Source: an uncultured delta proteobacterium
GTDB lineage: Bacteria; Desulfobacterota; Desulfobacteria; Desulfobacterales; SG8-13
Length of the DNA: 64,000 nt
Assembly (NCBI GenBank): GCA_963848135.1
Contig: CAWKCK010000003.1
Span: forward strand, 372,001-436,000
Direction: 5' to 3'
Under the pieces are notes generated by a model. The model saw nothing but the letters and a program-made list of their open reading frames with translations. It did no database searches and had not been told where the DNA came from. Position numbers and translations under genes: made by a program. Positions 1-9,670 of the stretch are shown here, one piece after another (within the stretch, counting starts at the first letter, position 1; the number at the start of each line of letters is the position of its first letter).

Positions 1-886
1 ACCCGACACAAACTTCAGAACGCTGATTGTAGACTTCGAAGCAGGGTTTGCCCTCAAGGTCTCCGAACATTTTCTTTAAGACAGCATTGGCCCACAAGGT
101 ACGATAATCCCGCGAAATGACCGCCAGTCCCGCACCAATGCTGCGGGTAATTCGATCCAGGGTATCCCGTTCAACCTTTAGGGCCTCTTCGGCCTCCTTG
201 CGGATCTCTATTTCCTGCCGCAGTTCTTCACGCGTTTTGAGGAGATCGGCCTGTTCCCGTTTTAGGGTTTCCTTGGCGATTCTTTCCTTTTCAGCCGACG
301 CCTGAAGTCCGTGCACCAGCACAGAAACCGATATGGCCGCACCGGCATTTAGAACCAGAAAATTGGCCCCCGCTGCAATGGCGCGTGCCTTACTGGCAAA
401 AAATGGCAGATCGGCCGCCAGATTGCCGTTGATTGCCATCCAGCCAACAACGCCCAAAGAAATCCCGTTCACGATAACCGCCGCGAGAGCGGCTTTCAGG
501 CCGAGCAGCAGGCCCGTGAATACAGCAACGGCAAACAGCCAGGCCGGACCACCGCTCAGAGGACCCAAGTGTACTGTCACCCAAATTCCAATCCCAAGCA
601 TTACCAGCAGAATTCCGGTTGCCCGCAATTCATACGACCACTGGCGGGAGATGGCCAGGACGATCACGCCCAGATACATGCAGACGTCAAATAAGATCAG
701 GCCCCACAATTTTTCAGATATGGCGAGGGCGAGGGCAGGGATAAGCGCCACAAGACCCAGGATTAGGGCCGTACCGAGCAAGGCGTGCAAAATGAGTTCG
801 CGCCAGTAAACCAGGCCATCTTCACGGTTAACAGTGGAGGGAATGAATAGTTTTCTGAAAACAGATAGGATGGTGCTGACGATCAT
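1..886 (-). CDS. N-terminal part of a membrane-anchored PAS-domain sensor (probably histidine kinase); runs off the window edge
   Basis: Not in the ORF track. Manual translation from ATG at 886: MIVSTILSVFRKLF..., several hydrophobic helices, a coiled coil (EKERIAKETLKREQADLLKTREELRQEIEIRKEAEEALK), then a PAS-like start (LDRITRSIGAGLAVISRDYRTLWAN...GKPCFEVY). No stop before base 1. Confidence 0.8.
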   Translation of the reverse strand, partial: MIVSTILSVFRKLFIPSTVNREDGLVYWRELILHALLGTALILGLVALIPALALAISEKLWGLILFDVCMYLGVIVLAISRQWSYELRATGILLVMLGIGIWVTVHLGPLSGGPAWLFAVAVFTGLLLGLKAALAAVIVNGISLGVVGWMAINGNLAADLPFFASKARAIAAGANFLVLNAGAAISVSVLVHGLQASAEKERIAKETLKREQADLLKTREELRQEIEIRKEAEEALKVERDTLDRITRSIGAGLAVISRDYRTLWANAVLKKMFGDLEGKPCFEVYNQRSEVCVG

Positions 887-1134
887 TGGATAACTTGTGG
901 GTCGTGCAATTTTAATATTTCGGCAACCACCTGAACAACATTCAGCTTGGAGGCCGGATCACTTTGCCTGATTAAGTATATTCGGGTTGAATCCGACAGG
1001 TTCCTCTCGCAACATCGCGGCCATTCAATCTGACAATATAACCCGAAATCGAGCTAAAAATCAATTGATAAGTTTTGAACTTATTGACTTTTTTACTTTT
1101 TTTGCTATGATGGCCCGCAGATTGATATCAATGA

Positions 1135-1383
1135 TTACTTTCTAACCTTGCGGTAAATAAACAGGAGCAGCACAGCCCCACCGACAGCAATAACAAGACT
1201 TCGAATATCCAAGCCGGTGACTTTCCCGAAACCGACTAAGGTACCGAGCCATCCCCCGACCACAGCGCCGGCAATACCGAGAAGCGTGGTAACGAACAGA
1301 CCCCCCGGATCCTTGCCCGGCATGATCCATTTGGCTAATGCACCGACAATCAACCCCAGTACAATCCACATGATGAATCCCAT
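1135..1383 (-). CDS. GlsB/YeaQ/YmgE family (transglycosylase-associated) small membrane protein
   Basis: 82 aa, three Gly-rich TM helices; WIVLGLIVGALAKWIMPGKDPGG signature. Confidence 0.9.
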   Translation of the reverse strand: MGFIMWIVLGLIVGALAKWIMPGKDPGGLFVTTLLGIAGAVVGGWLGTLVGFGKVTGLDIRSLVIAVGGAVLLLFIYRKVRK

Positions 1384-1624
1384 AATTTTACCCCTTTGTT
1401 ATCAGATGGTTAATCGCTTAGCGCGCTGCGGAAAGAAATACGCAAATTCTAAAAATCAAATCTATTTGCCCGTCAGTTCCATGAGCATCGGCGAATACTC
1501 ATTGGGATCAGACCGATAGGAACGGAAAAAACCAACCATGCTCTCTACCCGCTCGGTAATGAATAAAAATCGAGCGTTTCCAATTCATCGGATACTACAA
1601 AGAATCAGAAGTCGTCTGAATGCT

Positions 1625-1652
1625 TTGACAATGCGCATCATAATACCATAAT
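1625..1652 (+). promoter_or_regulatory. putative sigma70 promoter of the patatin gene
   Basis: TTGACA-16nt-CATAAT. Confidence 0.55.
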
Positions 1653-1793
1653 GCTACATTAGCAAACGCGAGACGTCTCATGGGTCAACTCGGTGCCTGA
1701 TCCGCACAAAAAAATGATGGCAATGGCGATCGCAGCTATTGTCGATAGCCCTTATTTACAATGATAGCAGCGTTCTTTGCCCGGGAGGAAGAA

Positions 1794-2723
1794 ATGAAAA
1801 AGTACCGTGTTCTCGCTCTTGATGGCGGAGGAATCCGCGGTCTGGTGACGACCCTTCTGCTTCAGCGTATTGTTTCCGTCCCTGGATTAGAAAACTTCCT
1901 CGAAGACATCGACCTGGTGGCCGGAACATCTTCGGGGGGACTTATTGCCCTTGGCATCGCGCATCAGGTGAATTTGGCAAAACTCCGTGATCTTTTTATC
2001 AATAGCGGTCCCAGGATCTTCGACGACTCCTGGTTGGACGATCTCGTAGATCTCGGTAAATTAAGGGGTGCTGATTACGCGATCACGCCTTTACGCCGGG
2101 AGCTACAAAAATTGTTTGGGTCTGCCTCCTTGGGCCAACTGAAAAAGCGGGTGCTGATTACATCTTTCGACCTCGACAACGAAGATCCTCACCGACGAAC
2201 CTGGAAACCGAAACTTTTCCACAATTTTTCCGGACAAGGCAACGACAGAAGCACACCGATATACAAAGTTGGCCTGTACACGAGCGCCGCACCGACCTAT
2301 TTCCCCTCCGTGGACGGATATATCGACGGCGGCGTCTATGCCTCAAACCCCAGCATGTGCGCCCTCGCTCAAACCCAGGATCGAAGATACAGGCCCGCGC
2401 CATCTATGGACCGGATCACCCTTCTTTCCCTCGGAACCGGAACCAGCCTCCAGTACATTAGGGGTCGCTCTCATGACTGGGGATATGTTCAGTGGGTCAA
2501 ACCCTTGATGAATCTCATGCTGGACGGAACGACAGGAATCGCTGATTATCAGTGCCGACAAATTCTCAATGACAGATACCACCGCCTTGCGCCTGCTTTT
2601 CCGACGGGTCGATCGGTTCCCATGGATGACGCGACCAATATTCCCTATCTGATTGAATTCGCCGAGTCGATCTCCATCCGGAAAACGGTTAACTGGATAG
2701 ACAAACACTGGCGTGAAAAATGA
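1794..2723 (+). CDS. patatin-like phospholipase
   Basis: DGGGIRG oxyanion motif, GTSSG nucleophile elbow, SAAPTYF and DGG motifs; GGAGG RBS before ATG 1794. Confidence 0.92.
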   Translation: MKKYRVLALDGGGIRGLVTTLLLQRIVSVPGLENFLEDIDLVAGTSSGGLIALGIAHQVNLAKLRDLFINSGPRIFDDSWLDDLVDLGKLRGADYAITPLRRELQKLFGSASLGQLKKRVLITSFDLDNEDPHRRTWKPKLFHNFSGQGNDRSTPIYKVGLYTSAAPTYFPSVDGYIDGGVYASNPSMCALAQTQDRRYRPAPSMDRITLLSLGTGTSLQYIRGRSHDWGYVQWVKPLMNLMLDGTTGIADYQCRQILNDRYHRLAPAFPTGRSVPMDDATNIPYLIEFAESISIRKTVNWIDKHWREK

Positions 2724-2790
2724 AATGATTCCCAATTGAGATGCCGCTTTTGATAATGAACAGAATGACAACATAAACCGTAAAGGCAAA

Positions 2791-4029
2791 TCAGACCGTC
2801 TTCAGATATTCCCGAATAATCAAGGCTGCCGTGCTGCCTTCACCGGCGGCACTGACGACTTGCTTGGTGCTGCCGTCTCGCACATCACCCGCTGCAAAAA
2901 TACCTGGCAAGCTTGTTTCCAGCAGATGGGGCTCTCTTTCCAGTTCCCGATGCTGTTGGTTTAGGTGCGTCAATGAATGGCCGGTGACAATATAGCCCCA
3001 ACGGTCGAGCAATATGTCGCCATTTTTTAGAAATCCGGTGTTCGGAATCTGGCCGATGAAAATGAATGCGCCGTCGACGGGAATAATCTCCTCAACCGCG
3101 GTTGTGTTATCAACCGTTTTGAGTTGTGTCAATTTACTACCAGCGCCCTGGAATTCTTTGACTTCAGTGTTCCAGCGCACCTCTATTTTTTCATGACTCA
3201 ACACCTTTTCCTGGATGAATTGAGTGGCGGTGAAGTGGTCGCCCCGGGCCAGTATAACAACATGGTCAGCAAATTTCGTCAGCAAAAGACTTTCTTCGGT
3301 GGCGCTGTTGCCCCCACCGATGACGGCCACCTTTTTACCCTTGTAGAATGGGCCGTCACAGGTTGCGCAAAAATGAACCCCGGCCCCGAGGTAGTCTGTC
3401 TCACCTGGTACATTCAGGCGCTTGTATCTGCTGCCGGTGGAGATCAAAATCGCACTCGCGCTATAACTGGCGCCATTAGCGGTATCGATGCAATGATAGT
3501 TCCCGTGCTGACGAATACCGGTTACGTCCTGAGCCTGAAGTAGCTCGACACCGAAACGTTCAGCCTGCTGGCGCAGCCTCAGCGCAAAATCGGCGCCAGA
3601 AACACCTTCCGGAAATCCGGGCATGTTGTCCAGTTTTTCCGTCCCGGCAGACTGCCCGCCAAAGGCGGCCCTTTCGACGACCAGAGTATCAATCGCCTCA
3701 CGGGCAGTATAGAGTGCGGCGGTCAAACCGGCTGGCCCGCCTCCGATGACAATCAAATCGTAGTGGCTTCGGCTGGCCTCGGTTTTAAGTCCCAACTTGG
3801 CTGCCAATTCGGCGTTGGTGGGCTCAACCAAAAACGAGTTGTCTTTAAAGACGATGGTCGGAATGATCCGTTTACCTTTGTTCTTTGCAATAACCAGCCT
3901 CTCGGCGTCCACGTCCGCTTCGATGTCCACCCATGTATAGGGAATTTGATGTTCACCGAGAAACATCTTGCTTCGTCGGCAATCCGGACACCAATGGGCC
4001 CCGTAAACGATGATATCTTCGGCATTCAT
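2791..4029 (-). CDS. glutaredoxin-like domain fused to thioredoxin-disulfide reductase
   Basis: N-terminal WCPDC...IPTIVF domain; then GGGPAG (FAD), CATC redox pair, GGGNSA, GIFAAGD; start 4029 has AGAGGAG RBS. Confidence 0.9.
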   Translation of the reverse strand: MNAEDIIVYGAHWCPDCRRSKMFLGEHQIPYTWVDIEADVDAERLVIAKNKGKRIIPTIVFKDNSFLVEPTNAELAAKLGLKTEASRSHYDLIVIGGGPAGLTAALYTAREAIDTLVVERAAFGGQSAGTEKLDNMPGFPEGVSGADFALRLRQQAERFGVELLQAQDVTGIRQHGNYHCIDTANGASYSASAILISTGSRYKRLNVPGETDYLGAGVHFCATCDGPFYKGKKVAVIGGGNSATEESLLLTKFADHVVILARGDHFTATQFIQEKVLSHEKIEVRWNTEVKEFQGAGSKLTQLKTVDNTTAVEEIIPVDGAFIFIGQIPNTGFLKNGDILLDRWGYIVTGHSLTHLNQQHRELEREPHLLETSLPGIFAAGDVRDGSTKQVVSAAGEGSTAALIIREYLKTV

Positions 4030-4164
4030 ATCGTTTTCTCCTCTCTTGATTTTTTTCAAGGTCACATGGCCAGCCACCAATAATGAGTATAAGCACTTGA
4101 CGAACAAGCTGCAGAATGATTGTAATCATCCGCAGTGAAGAAATAATGATAAGGAAGAGCTTTC

Positions 4165-4791
4165 ATGAGTATAGAAACGTATGGTGCCTTTTTTCTATCA
4201 GCGGCGATCGTTCTGGTCATACCCGGCCCGACCATCATTCTGGTAATCAGCCATTCGGTCAGCCAGGGACGGCGGGCCGTATGGCCACTTGTGGCCGGCG
4301 TTACTCTCGGTGATTTTACGGCCATGACCCTGTCACTTTTGGGACTCGGGGCCATCCTTTCAGCTTCCGCAGCCTTATTTTCTGTTTTGAAATGGATCGG
4401 TGCGATTTATCTCGTTTATCTTGGTATTAAACTCTGGCGTTCAACACCGCAACCATCCGCCATGCGGGCTACAGATATGGCGACCACTCATCACCGCCTC
4501 TTCACGCACGCGTATATTGTCACGTCTCTTAATCCCAAGAGCATTGTCTTTTTTGTCGCTTTTTTACCACAGTTTATCGATCACACGGCCCCGCTTGCTT
4601 TTCAACTTATCCTGATGGGACTCACATTTTTAATTCTCGCAGCGATTAACGCCACCGTGTATGGGCTTTTTGCCGGCCATTTACGCGACGTGCTGCAACA
4701 CGTCACCGTTCTGCGCTGGTTCAACCGCTGTGGGGGCAGCGCGCTGATCGGTGCCGGTATCTTCACAGCCACCTTTCAGCGGTCTTCGTGA
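4165..4791 (+). CDS. LysE/RhtB family translocator
   Basis: IPGP, LKWIGAIYLVYLG and LNPK...FF.AFLPQF motifs. Confidence 0.92.
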   Translation: MSIETYGAFFLSAAIVLVIPGPTIILVISHSVSQGRRAVWPLVAGVTLGDFTAMTLSLLGLGAILSASAALFSVLKWIGAIYLVYLGIKLWRSTPQPSAMRATDMATTHHRLFTHAYIVTSLNPKSIVFFVAFLPQFIDHTAPLAFQLILMGLTFLILAAINATVYGLFAGHLRDVLQHVTVLRWFNRCGGSALIGAGIFTATFQRSS

Positions 4792-4853
4792 CAGAGAGCC
4801 TCTTTTATTGTCGCCAATCGTAAGAAAATGCACCCAAAATCAGGAGAGTAAAA

Positions 4854-5345
4854 ATGGGCGACCGCAAAACGGATATCATACAAAATCTCGAAACGAACCA
4901 GGTAGAGACCGTGGCTTTTTTCAAATCACTCTCGCCAGAATATCTCAGCGTGCGGGTCTATCAGCAAGATACGGATTGGACGATCAAACTCGTGCTGGCG
5001 CATTTCGTCACGATTGAACGGTCGATGCAATGGTTGTTTAAAAATATCCTTTCAGGTGGCCCGGGGTCACCCAAAGATTTTGACATCGAGCGGTTTAATC
5101 GCACGCAACCGAAAAAACTTGCCGGTCTCTCCCTCGATGAACTGATCCGTCAGTTCGAAGCTGTGCGTTCAGACACAATCTTAATCGTCAAAGATATGTC
5201 AGAGGAGGATCTTGACCGCGAGGGCTGGCACGTATTTCATGGACAAGACACGCTTGAAAGGTTTATCCGCTGGGCCTATGAGCATGTCAACCTTCACTTT
5301 GCTGATATTCGAAAAGTCATTGATGTTACAGATAACGCACATTGA
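4854..5345 (+). CDS. DinB-superfamily protein
   Basis: WTIKLVLAH near the N-terminus and HxxxH (HVNLH) near the C-terminus; AGGAG RBS. Confidence 0.8.
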   Translation: MGDRKTDIIQNLETNQVETVAFFKSLSPEYLSVRVYQQDTDWTIKLVLAHFVTIERSMQWLFKNILSGGPGSPKDFDIERFNRTQPKKLAGLSLDELIRQFEAVRSDTILIVKDMSEEDLDREGWHVFHGQDTLERFIRWAYEHVNLHFADIRKVIDVTDNAH

Positions 5346-5369
5346 AAAAGCGTCGGTCAAGCGACAATA

Positions 5370-5864
5370 TCAGATGAGCCGTTTATTGCTGCCGGGACGA
5401 CACAAAAGAAAATTTACCGCTTTCATACTCATGACGACCTTTTCGTCCTGATTCAGCACTTCGATAAGAGAACGAACAATGCCACGATCCGGCTTTGAGC
5501 GCGAGCGTTTGGTTTCCATGATGGACACTCGGATCGAGAGTGCATCTCCGGGACGGACGGGCCTGGTCCAGCGCAGCTCGTCTACGCCCGGAGAACCGAG
5601 GCTGGCCACTCCTGACAGGTAATGTTCGACGAAGAGCCGCATCATCAGGCTGGCCGTATGCCAGCCGGAAGCAATGAGGCCACCGAAAACGGTAGACTTC
5701 GCCGCCAACGGATCTGTGTGGAAGCTCTGGGGGTCAAACTGGGTCCCGAAAGCAATTATATCCTCTTCCGTAACCGAAATCGCGCCGAATTCATAAACAG
5801 CACCATCAACATAATCCTCATAGTAGCGCTCTTCCACCGGTACACCGAAACTGGAGTTCTTCAT
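5370..5864 (-). CDS. MaoC family dehydratase (hot-dog fold)
   Basis: FDPQSFH, FGGLIASGWHT, LRWTRPVRPGD. Confidence 0.92.
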   Translation of the reverse strand: MKNSSFGVPVEERYYEDYVDGAVYEFGAISVTEEDIIAFGTQFDPQSFHTDPLAAKSTVFGGLIASGWHTASLMMRLFVEHYLSGVASLGSPGVDELRWTRPVRPGDALSIRVSIMETKRSRSKPDRGIVRSLIEVLNQDEKVVMSMKAVNFLLCRPGSNKRLI

Positions 5865-6031
5865 CTTATTATTCTCTCTTCCACAATTGGTAGCAGGCGT
5901 AAAAACATGAAAATTTTAATGCTATATCTATAAAAACACAAGGCACCACATTGGAGCCTGTTGGTCGCTATGACCATTTTACTTGTTTTGGATTTTAATT
6001 TGATTTCCCTTGAAAACGGATAGGAAGTTAA

Positions 6032-6337
6032 ATGGGAAGAATTTGGATATTACCGCGAGAGTCTGCCGTCACCGAATTGGAAATCGTCGGCATAGATAAT
6101 GCGTCCCTCCCTCTGCAGTATATGGCCGACTATTCCATTATAGCGCTTCGGGTCGATAAGTTTGAAGTCGCCCAAAGCCTCCTTGAGAACGATTACTTTC
6201 AACTCAACAACACTCCCGCAGGGTTAAATGTTCTTGTTGAAGATGTCACAAGCTTACAGAAAATCGTGCAGTTGGTCGAGACCCACGGTATCAATGTCGA
6301 ATTCACAGACATCATCACTCAAATCTATCAGGGGTGA
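6032..6337 (+). CDS. hypothetical protein (alpha/beta, possibly ACT-like)
   Basis: 101-aa ORF with AGGA RBS, divergent from maoC-like gene; no diagnostic motif. Confidence 0.65.
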   Translation: MGRIWILPRESAVTELEIVGIDNASLPLQYMADYSIIALRVDKFEVAQSLLENDYFQLNNTPAGLNVLVEDVTSLQKIVQLVETHGINVEFTDIITQIYQG

Positions 6338-6493
6338 TAGATACAGGAACCTGCCGGTGGCAGGAATACATAACTGAATAGGATTTGTGAAGAGTCCAGG
6401 ATTGTCACTCCTCGTGACATAGACATGGAGGAAAACACCCATGGAATTGACCGAAATCTATCAAAAAGGCAAATCCGTTTTAAAGGAAATGGA

Positions 6494-7783
6494 TCAATTT
6501 TTTAATTCTTTTAATTTTGTGCCCATGGGCATCAACGACTTCGGTTCGAAGTCGAGTGTGGCCAGATGGTCGGATACCGTCTCGGCGCGGCGGATCAACG
6601 CCACACTGCCATCGGTATGCAACAGGAATTCTTGGGGCCGCAGTCGACCATTGTAGTTAAATCCCATAGCGTGTCCATGAGCGCCGGTATCATGGATACA
6701 AAGGATGTCGCCGTTTTCGATTTTCGGCAGCCGTCTCAACGTGGCAAACTTATCATTGTTTTCGCACAGGGATCCGACCACATCCACGCTTTCGTATTCT
6801 GCCGCATTCTCTTTACCGGGTACCGTGATGTGGTGGTAAGCGCCGTACATGGCCGGTCGCATCAGAGCTGACATGGAGGCATCCACGCCCACGTATTTTC
6901 GATAGGTATCCTTGCGATTGATAGCCGTCACCACGAGGACCCCGTGGGGTCCAGTCATATAACGGCCGCTTTCCATGTAAAGCTTTGGCGTGTATCCATT
7001 ACGCCCTTTGAAGGCCGCGAACGCCCGCCCGATACCCTCTGACATGGCTTCCAGTTCGAGCGGCAGCTCATCCGGACGGTATGGTATACCCAAACCACCG
7101 CCGATATTCACGAAGTCAAAAACGATGTTCAACTCGCGTCCGATCCATTCGGAAATTTCCAGCAGCATTTCAGCCGTCTGTACCATGTAGCGATAATCGC
7201 GTTCATTTGACACCAGCATGGTGTGCAGGCCGAATTGCCGCGCGCCCCTTTCCATCGCCAGGCAATACGCATCGATAATCTGGTCGTGAGCCACGCCGTA
7301 TTTGGCCTCCACCGGATTACCGATAATACTGTTGCCGGTGCGGCGAGGGCCGGGGTTGTAGCGAAAACAAATCAACTCCGGCATTGCGGGCACCTTAGGG
7401 ACCAGTGAAATGTCGTCCAGATTCAAGATACACCCGCCATCGCGGGCGGCAACCTCGAACTCTTCATTCGAGGTGTTGTTTGACGTAAACATGATATCCG
7501 CGTGACGAGCACCCTCCCGGCGGCTTAAGAGCAACTCGGCTATGGAACTGCAATCGAATCCAAAACCCATCTTTCGCATGATATTCAGGATGCTGGGGTT
7601 CGGCAGGGCTTTGACGGCAAAGTATTCACGAAATCCGTCAAAGTGACCAAAGGCATTTTTTAGGTCCCGGGCTGTCTTGCGAATGCCCGTTTCGTCGTAA
7701 ATGTGAAAGGGCGTTCCAAATTCTTCGGATATCTCCATCAGCAGTGGATAGAGGCGATTTTCAAATGACGGTGACATCGGCAT
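6494..7783 (-). CDS. lysA: diaminopimelate decarboxylase
   Basis: TPFHIYD, FAVKA (PLP lysine), NIGGG, ESGRY, GSLCE, GAHG..M.FNYN; 3 nt from dapL. Confidence 0.95.
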   Translation of the reverse strand: MPMSPSFENRLYPLLMEISEEFGTPFHIYDETGIRKTARDLKNAFGHFDGFREYFAVKALPNPSILNIMRKMGFGFDCSSIAELLLSRREGARHADIMFTSNNTSNEEFEVAARDGGCILNLDDISLVPKVPAMPELICFRYNPGPRRTGNSIIGNPVEAKYGVAHDQIIDAYCLAMERGARQFGLHTMLVSNERDYRYMVQTAEMLLEISEWIGRELNIVFDFVNIGGGLGIPYRPDELPLELEAMSEGIGRAFAAFKGRNGYTPKLYMESGRYMTGPHGVLVVTAINRKDTYRKYVGVDASMSALMRPAMYGAYHHITVPGKENAAEYESVDVVGSLCENNDKFATLRRLPKIENGDILCIHDTGAHGHAMGFNYNGRLRPQEFLLHTDGSVALIRRAETVSDHLATLDFEPKSLMPMGTKLKELKN

Positions 7784-7786
7784 GAT

Positions 7787-9019
7787 TTATATCGCCCCTC
7801 TCAGCGCTTCGGAAACGCGTTGCATAGCTTTTTGAACATTTTCACAGGAGTTGAAGGCACTGATTCGGATAAAGCCTTGCCCGCATTTTCCGAAGCCGGC
7901 ACCGGGTGTGCAAACGACCCCTGCCTTTTCAAGTAACAGGTCAAAGAACTGCCACGAGTCGGTCCGTCCGTCCACCCAGATGTAAGGAGAATTCTCTCCG
8001 CCGATACACTCGTAACCAAGAGCGGTCATCTCCCGTCGGATGAGATCGGCGTTTGCCAGATAGTAATCGATCAATTCCCTGGTTTGACTCCGGCCCTCGT
8101 CGCTGTATACCGCCTCAGCGGCCCGCTGGACCGGGTAGGACACGCTGTTGAATTTGGTCGTGTGTCTTCGATTCCACAGGGTATGGACACTGTGCGTCTC
8201 ACCGGTTTTAGTGAACGCCCGGCAGGACTTGGGAACCACCGTAAATGCGCAACGGGTACCGGTGAAGCCGGCTGTTTTTGAAAAGCTCCTGAATTCGATA
8301 GCCACCTCCCGTGCGCCTTCGATCTCGTAAATCGATCGGGGCAGGCTCTTATCACGGATAAAAGACTCGTACGCAGCGTCGAAAAGAATCAGGGCCTGGT
8401 TGTTATGGGCATAATCAACCCACTCCCTGAGCACGGGTTTGGTGATCGTTGCCCCGGTGGGATTGTTGGGGAAGCAGAGATAGATCAGGTCCACCGGCTC
8501 TGTCGGCAATTCGGGCACGAAACTGTTGGCGCGATTTCCCTCGAGGTAAACGATGCCGCTGTATCGACCATCGCTGTGAGTGCCAGTTCTACCGGCCATC
8601 ACGTTGGTATCGAGATAGACGGGATAAACCGGATCGGGAATCGCAACGGTAATGTCGGTGGCAAAAATTTCCTGAATATTGCCTGTATCACACTTGGCCC
8701 CATCGCTGACGAAAATTTCATCCGGAGCAATATCCGCTCCCAGGCGTTGAAATTCGTATTTAGCGATCTTTTCCCGTAAAAAAGGATACCCCTGTTCGGG
8801 TCCGTATCCGTGGAATGAGGCATCCACAGCCATTTCGTCCACGGCATTTTGAAACGCCTTTATACAGGCATCGGGTAGTGCTCGGGTGACATCCCCGATG
8901 CCAAGTTTGATAATTTCTCTTTCCGGATGGGCTTGCTGAAAAGCCGCCACCCGTTTGGCAATATCCGAAAACAGATAAGAGGCCTTAAGTTTGAGGTAAT
9001 TTTCGTTTATCGTGATCAT
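7787..9019 (-). CDS. dapL: LL-diaminopimelate aminotransferase
   Basis: [45 protein letters not shown]. Confidence 0.96.
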   Translation of the reverse strand: MITINENYLKLKASYLFSDIAKRVAAFQQAHPEREIIKLGIGDVTRALPDACIKAFQNAVDEMAVDASFHGYGPEQGYPFLREKIAKYEFQRLGADIAPDEIFVSDGAKCDTGNIQEIFATDITVAIPDPVYPVYLDTNVMAGRTGTHSDGRYSGIVYLEGNRANSFVPELPTEPVDLIYLCFPNNPTGATITKPVLREWVDYAHNNQALILFDAAYESFIRDKSLPRSIYEIEGAREVAIEFRSFSKTAGFTGTRCAFTVVPKSCRAFTKTGETHSVHTLWNRRHTTKFNSVSYPVQRAAEAVYSDEGRSQTRELIDYYLANADLIRREMTALGYECIGGENSPYIWVDGRTDSWQFFDLLLEKAGVVCTPGAGFGKCGQGFIRISAFNSCENVQKAMQRVSEALRGAI

Positions 9020-9107
9020 CTCATCTCCTCACATTGACTTATCGAATTCAAAATCAGTATTGTCGAAATCGTGCCATCATTAAACAGGAGCACCCCGCAA
9101 GTGGCGC

Positions 9108-9136
9108 AATATGCAGTCAACGAATTCCTTTGTCAA
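9108..9136 (-). promoter_or_regulatory. putative sigma70 promoter of dapL-lysA
   Basis: TTGACA-17nt-CATATT on the minus strand. Confidence 0.55.
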
Positions 9137-9406
9137 TTGGAATACGGGCCATTTCCTTGTAGGTATTGAGCACGATGACCGTACGGATGGGGCGGATGCC
9201 CTCAACGGCGCTGATCTTATATCAAGAATTATAGTCTATTTATTTGCATAGACCAGAATTAAATTTTCATATTTAGCAATTCTGGCGCCGGAAGACAAAC
9301 GCGATCAGTTTGATGAGAATAACAGCCTACCGGTTTGACCCGTTCCGAAATGATAAGATTTAATATTACGCTGCAGGTAGCTTTATCAAGGAAGGTGGGC
9401 CTGAAA

Positions 9407-9523
9407 TTAAGCTTTGGTGATCTCCTCGAACATCTCTTTTGGTGCTCCGCAAATCGGGCATTTCAGGGGAGGTTCATCTCCATCATGAATGTAGCCGCAA
9501 ATGACACACCGCCAGCGTTTCAT
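9407..9523 (-). CDS. 38-aa stand-alone rubredoxin-like protein
   Basis: Below ORF-track cutoff. [38 protein letters not shown]; two CxxCG knuckles; GGAGGG RBS 7 nt upstream. Confidence 0.9.
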   Translation of the reverse strand: MKRWRCVICGYIHDGDEPPLKCPICGAPKEMFEEITKA

Positions 9524-9670
9524 TTTTAATCCCTCCATCGGCTTTGTTTCGCTTCAAGTTGGTAACGATTATCTCACTATCCCTGGTATCACCGTCACAC
9601 CTATTCATTCCCAATCGGACGGATCTGACGGTTGGCCATTTTCAACGACAGGCCATTTGTTCATGACCTA

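Noticed and set aside
1794..2723. CBASS anti-phage system
   Set aside because: No CD-NTase or Cap2/Cap3-like gene nearby; neighbours are housekeeping genes.
6441..6656. 71-aa plus-strand ORF with GGAGG RBS
   Set aside because: Mostly antisense to the lysA 3' end with no recognisable motif; the RBS is part of the GGA-rich tract. Not fully excluded.
9020..9140. Lysine riboswitch upstream of dapL-lysA
   Set aside because: The putative promoter leaves only about 85 nt of leader and no L-box features are visible.
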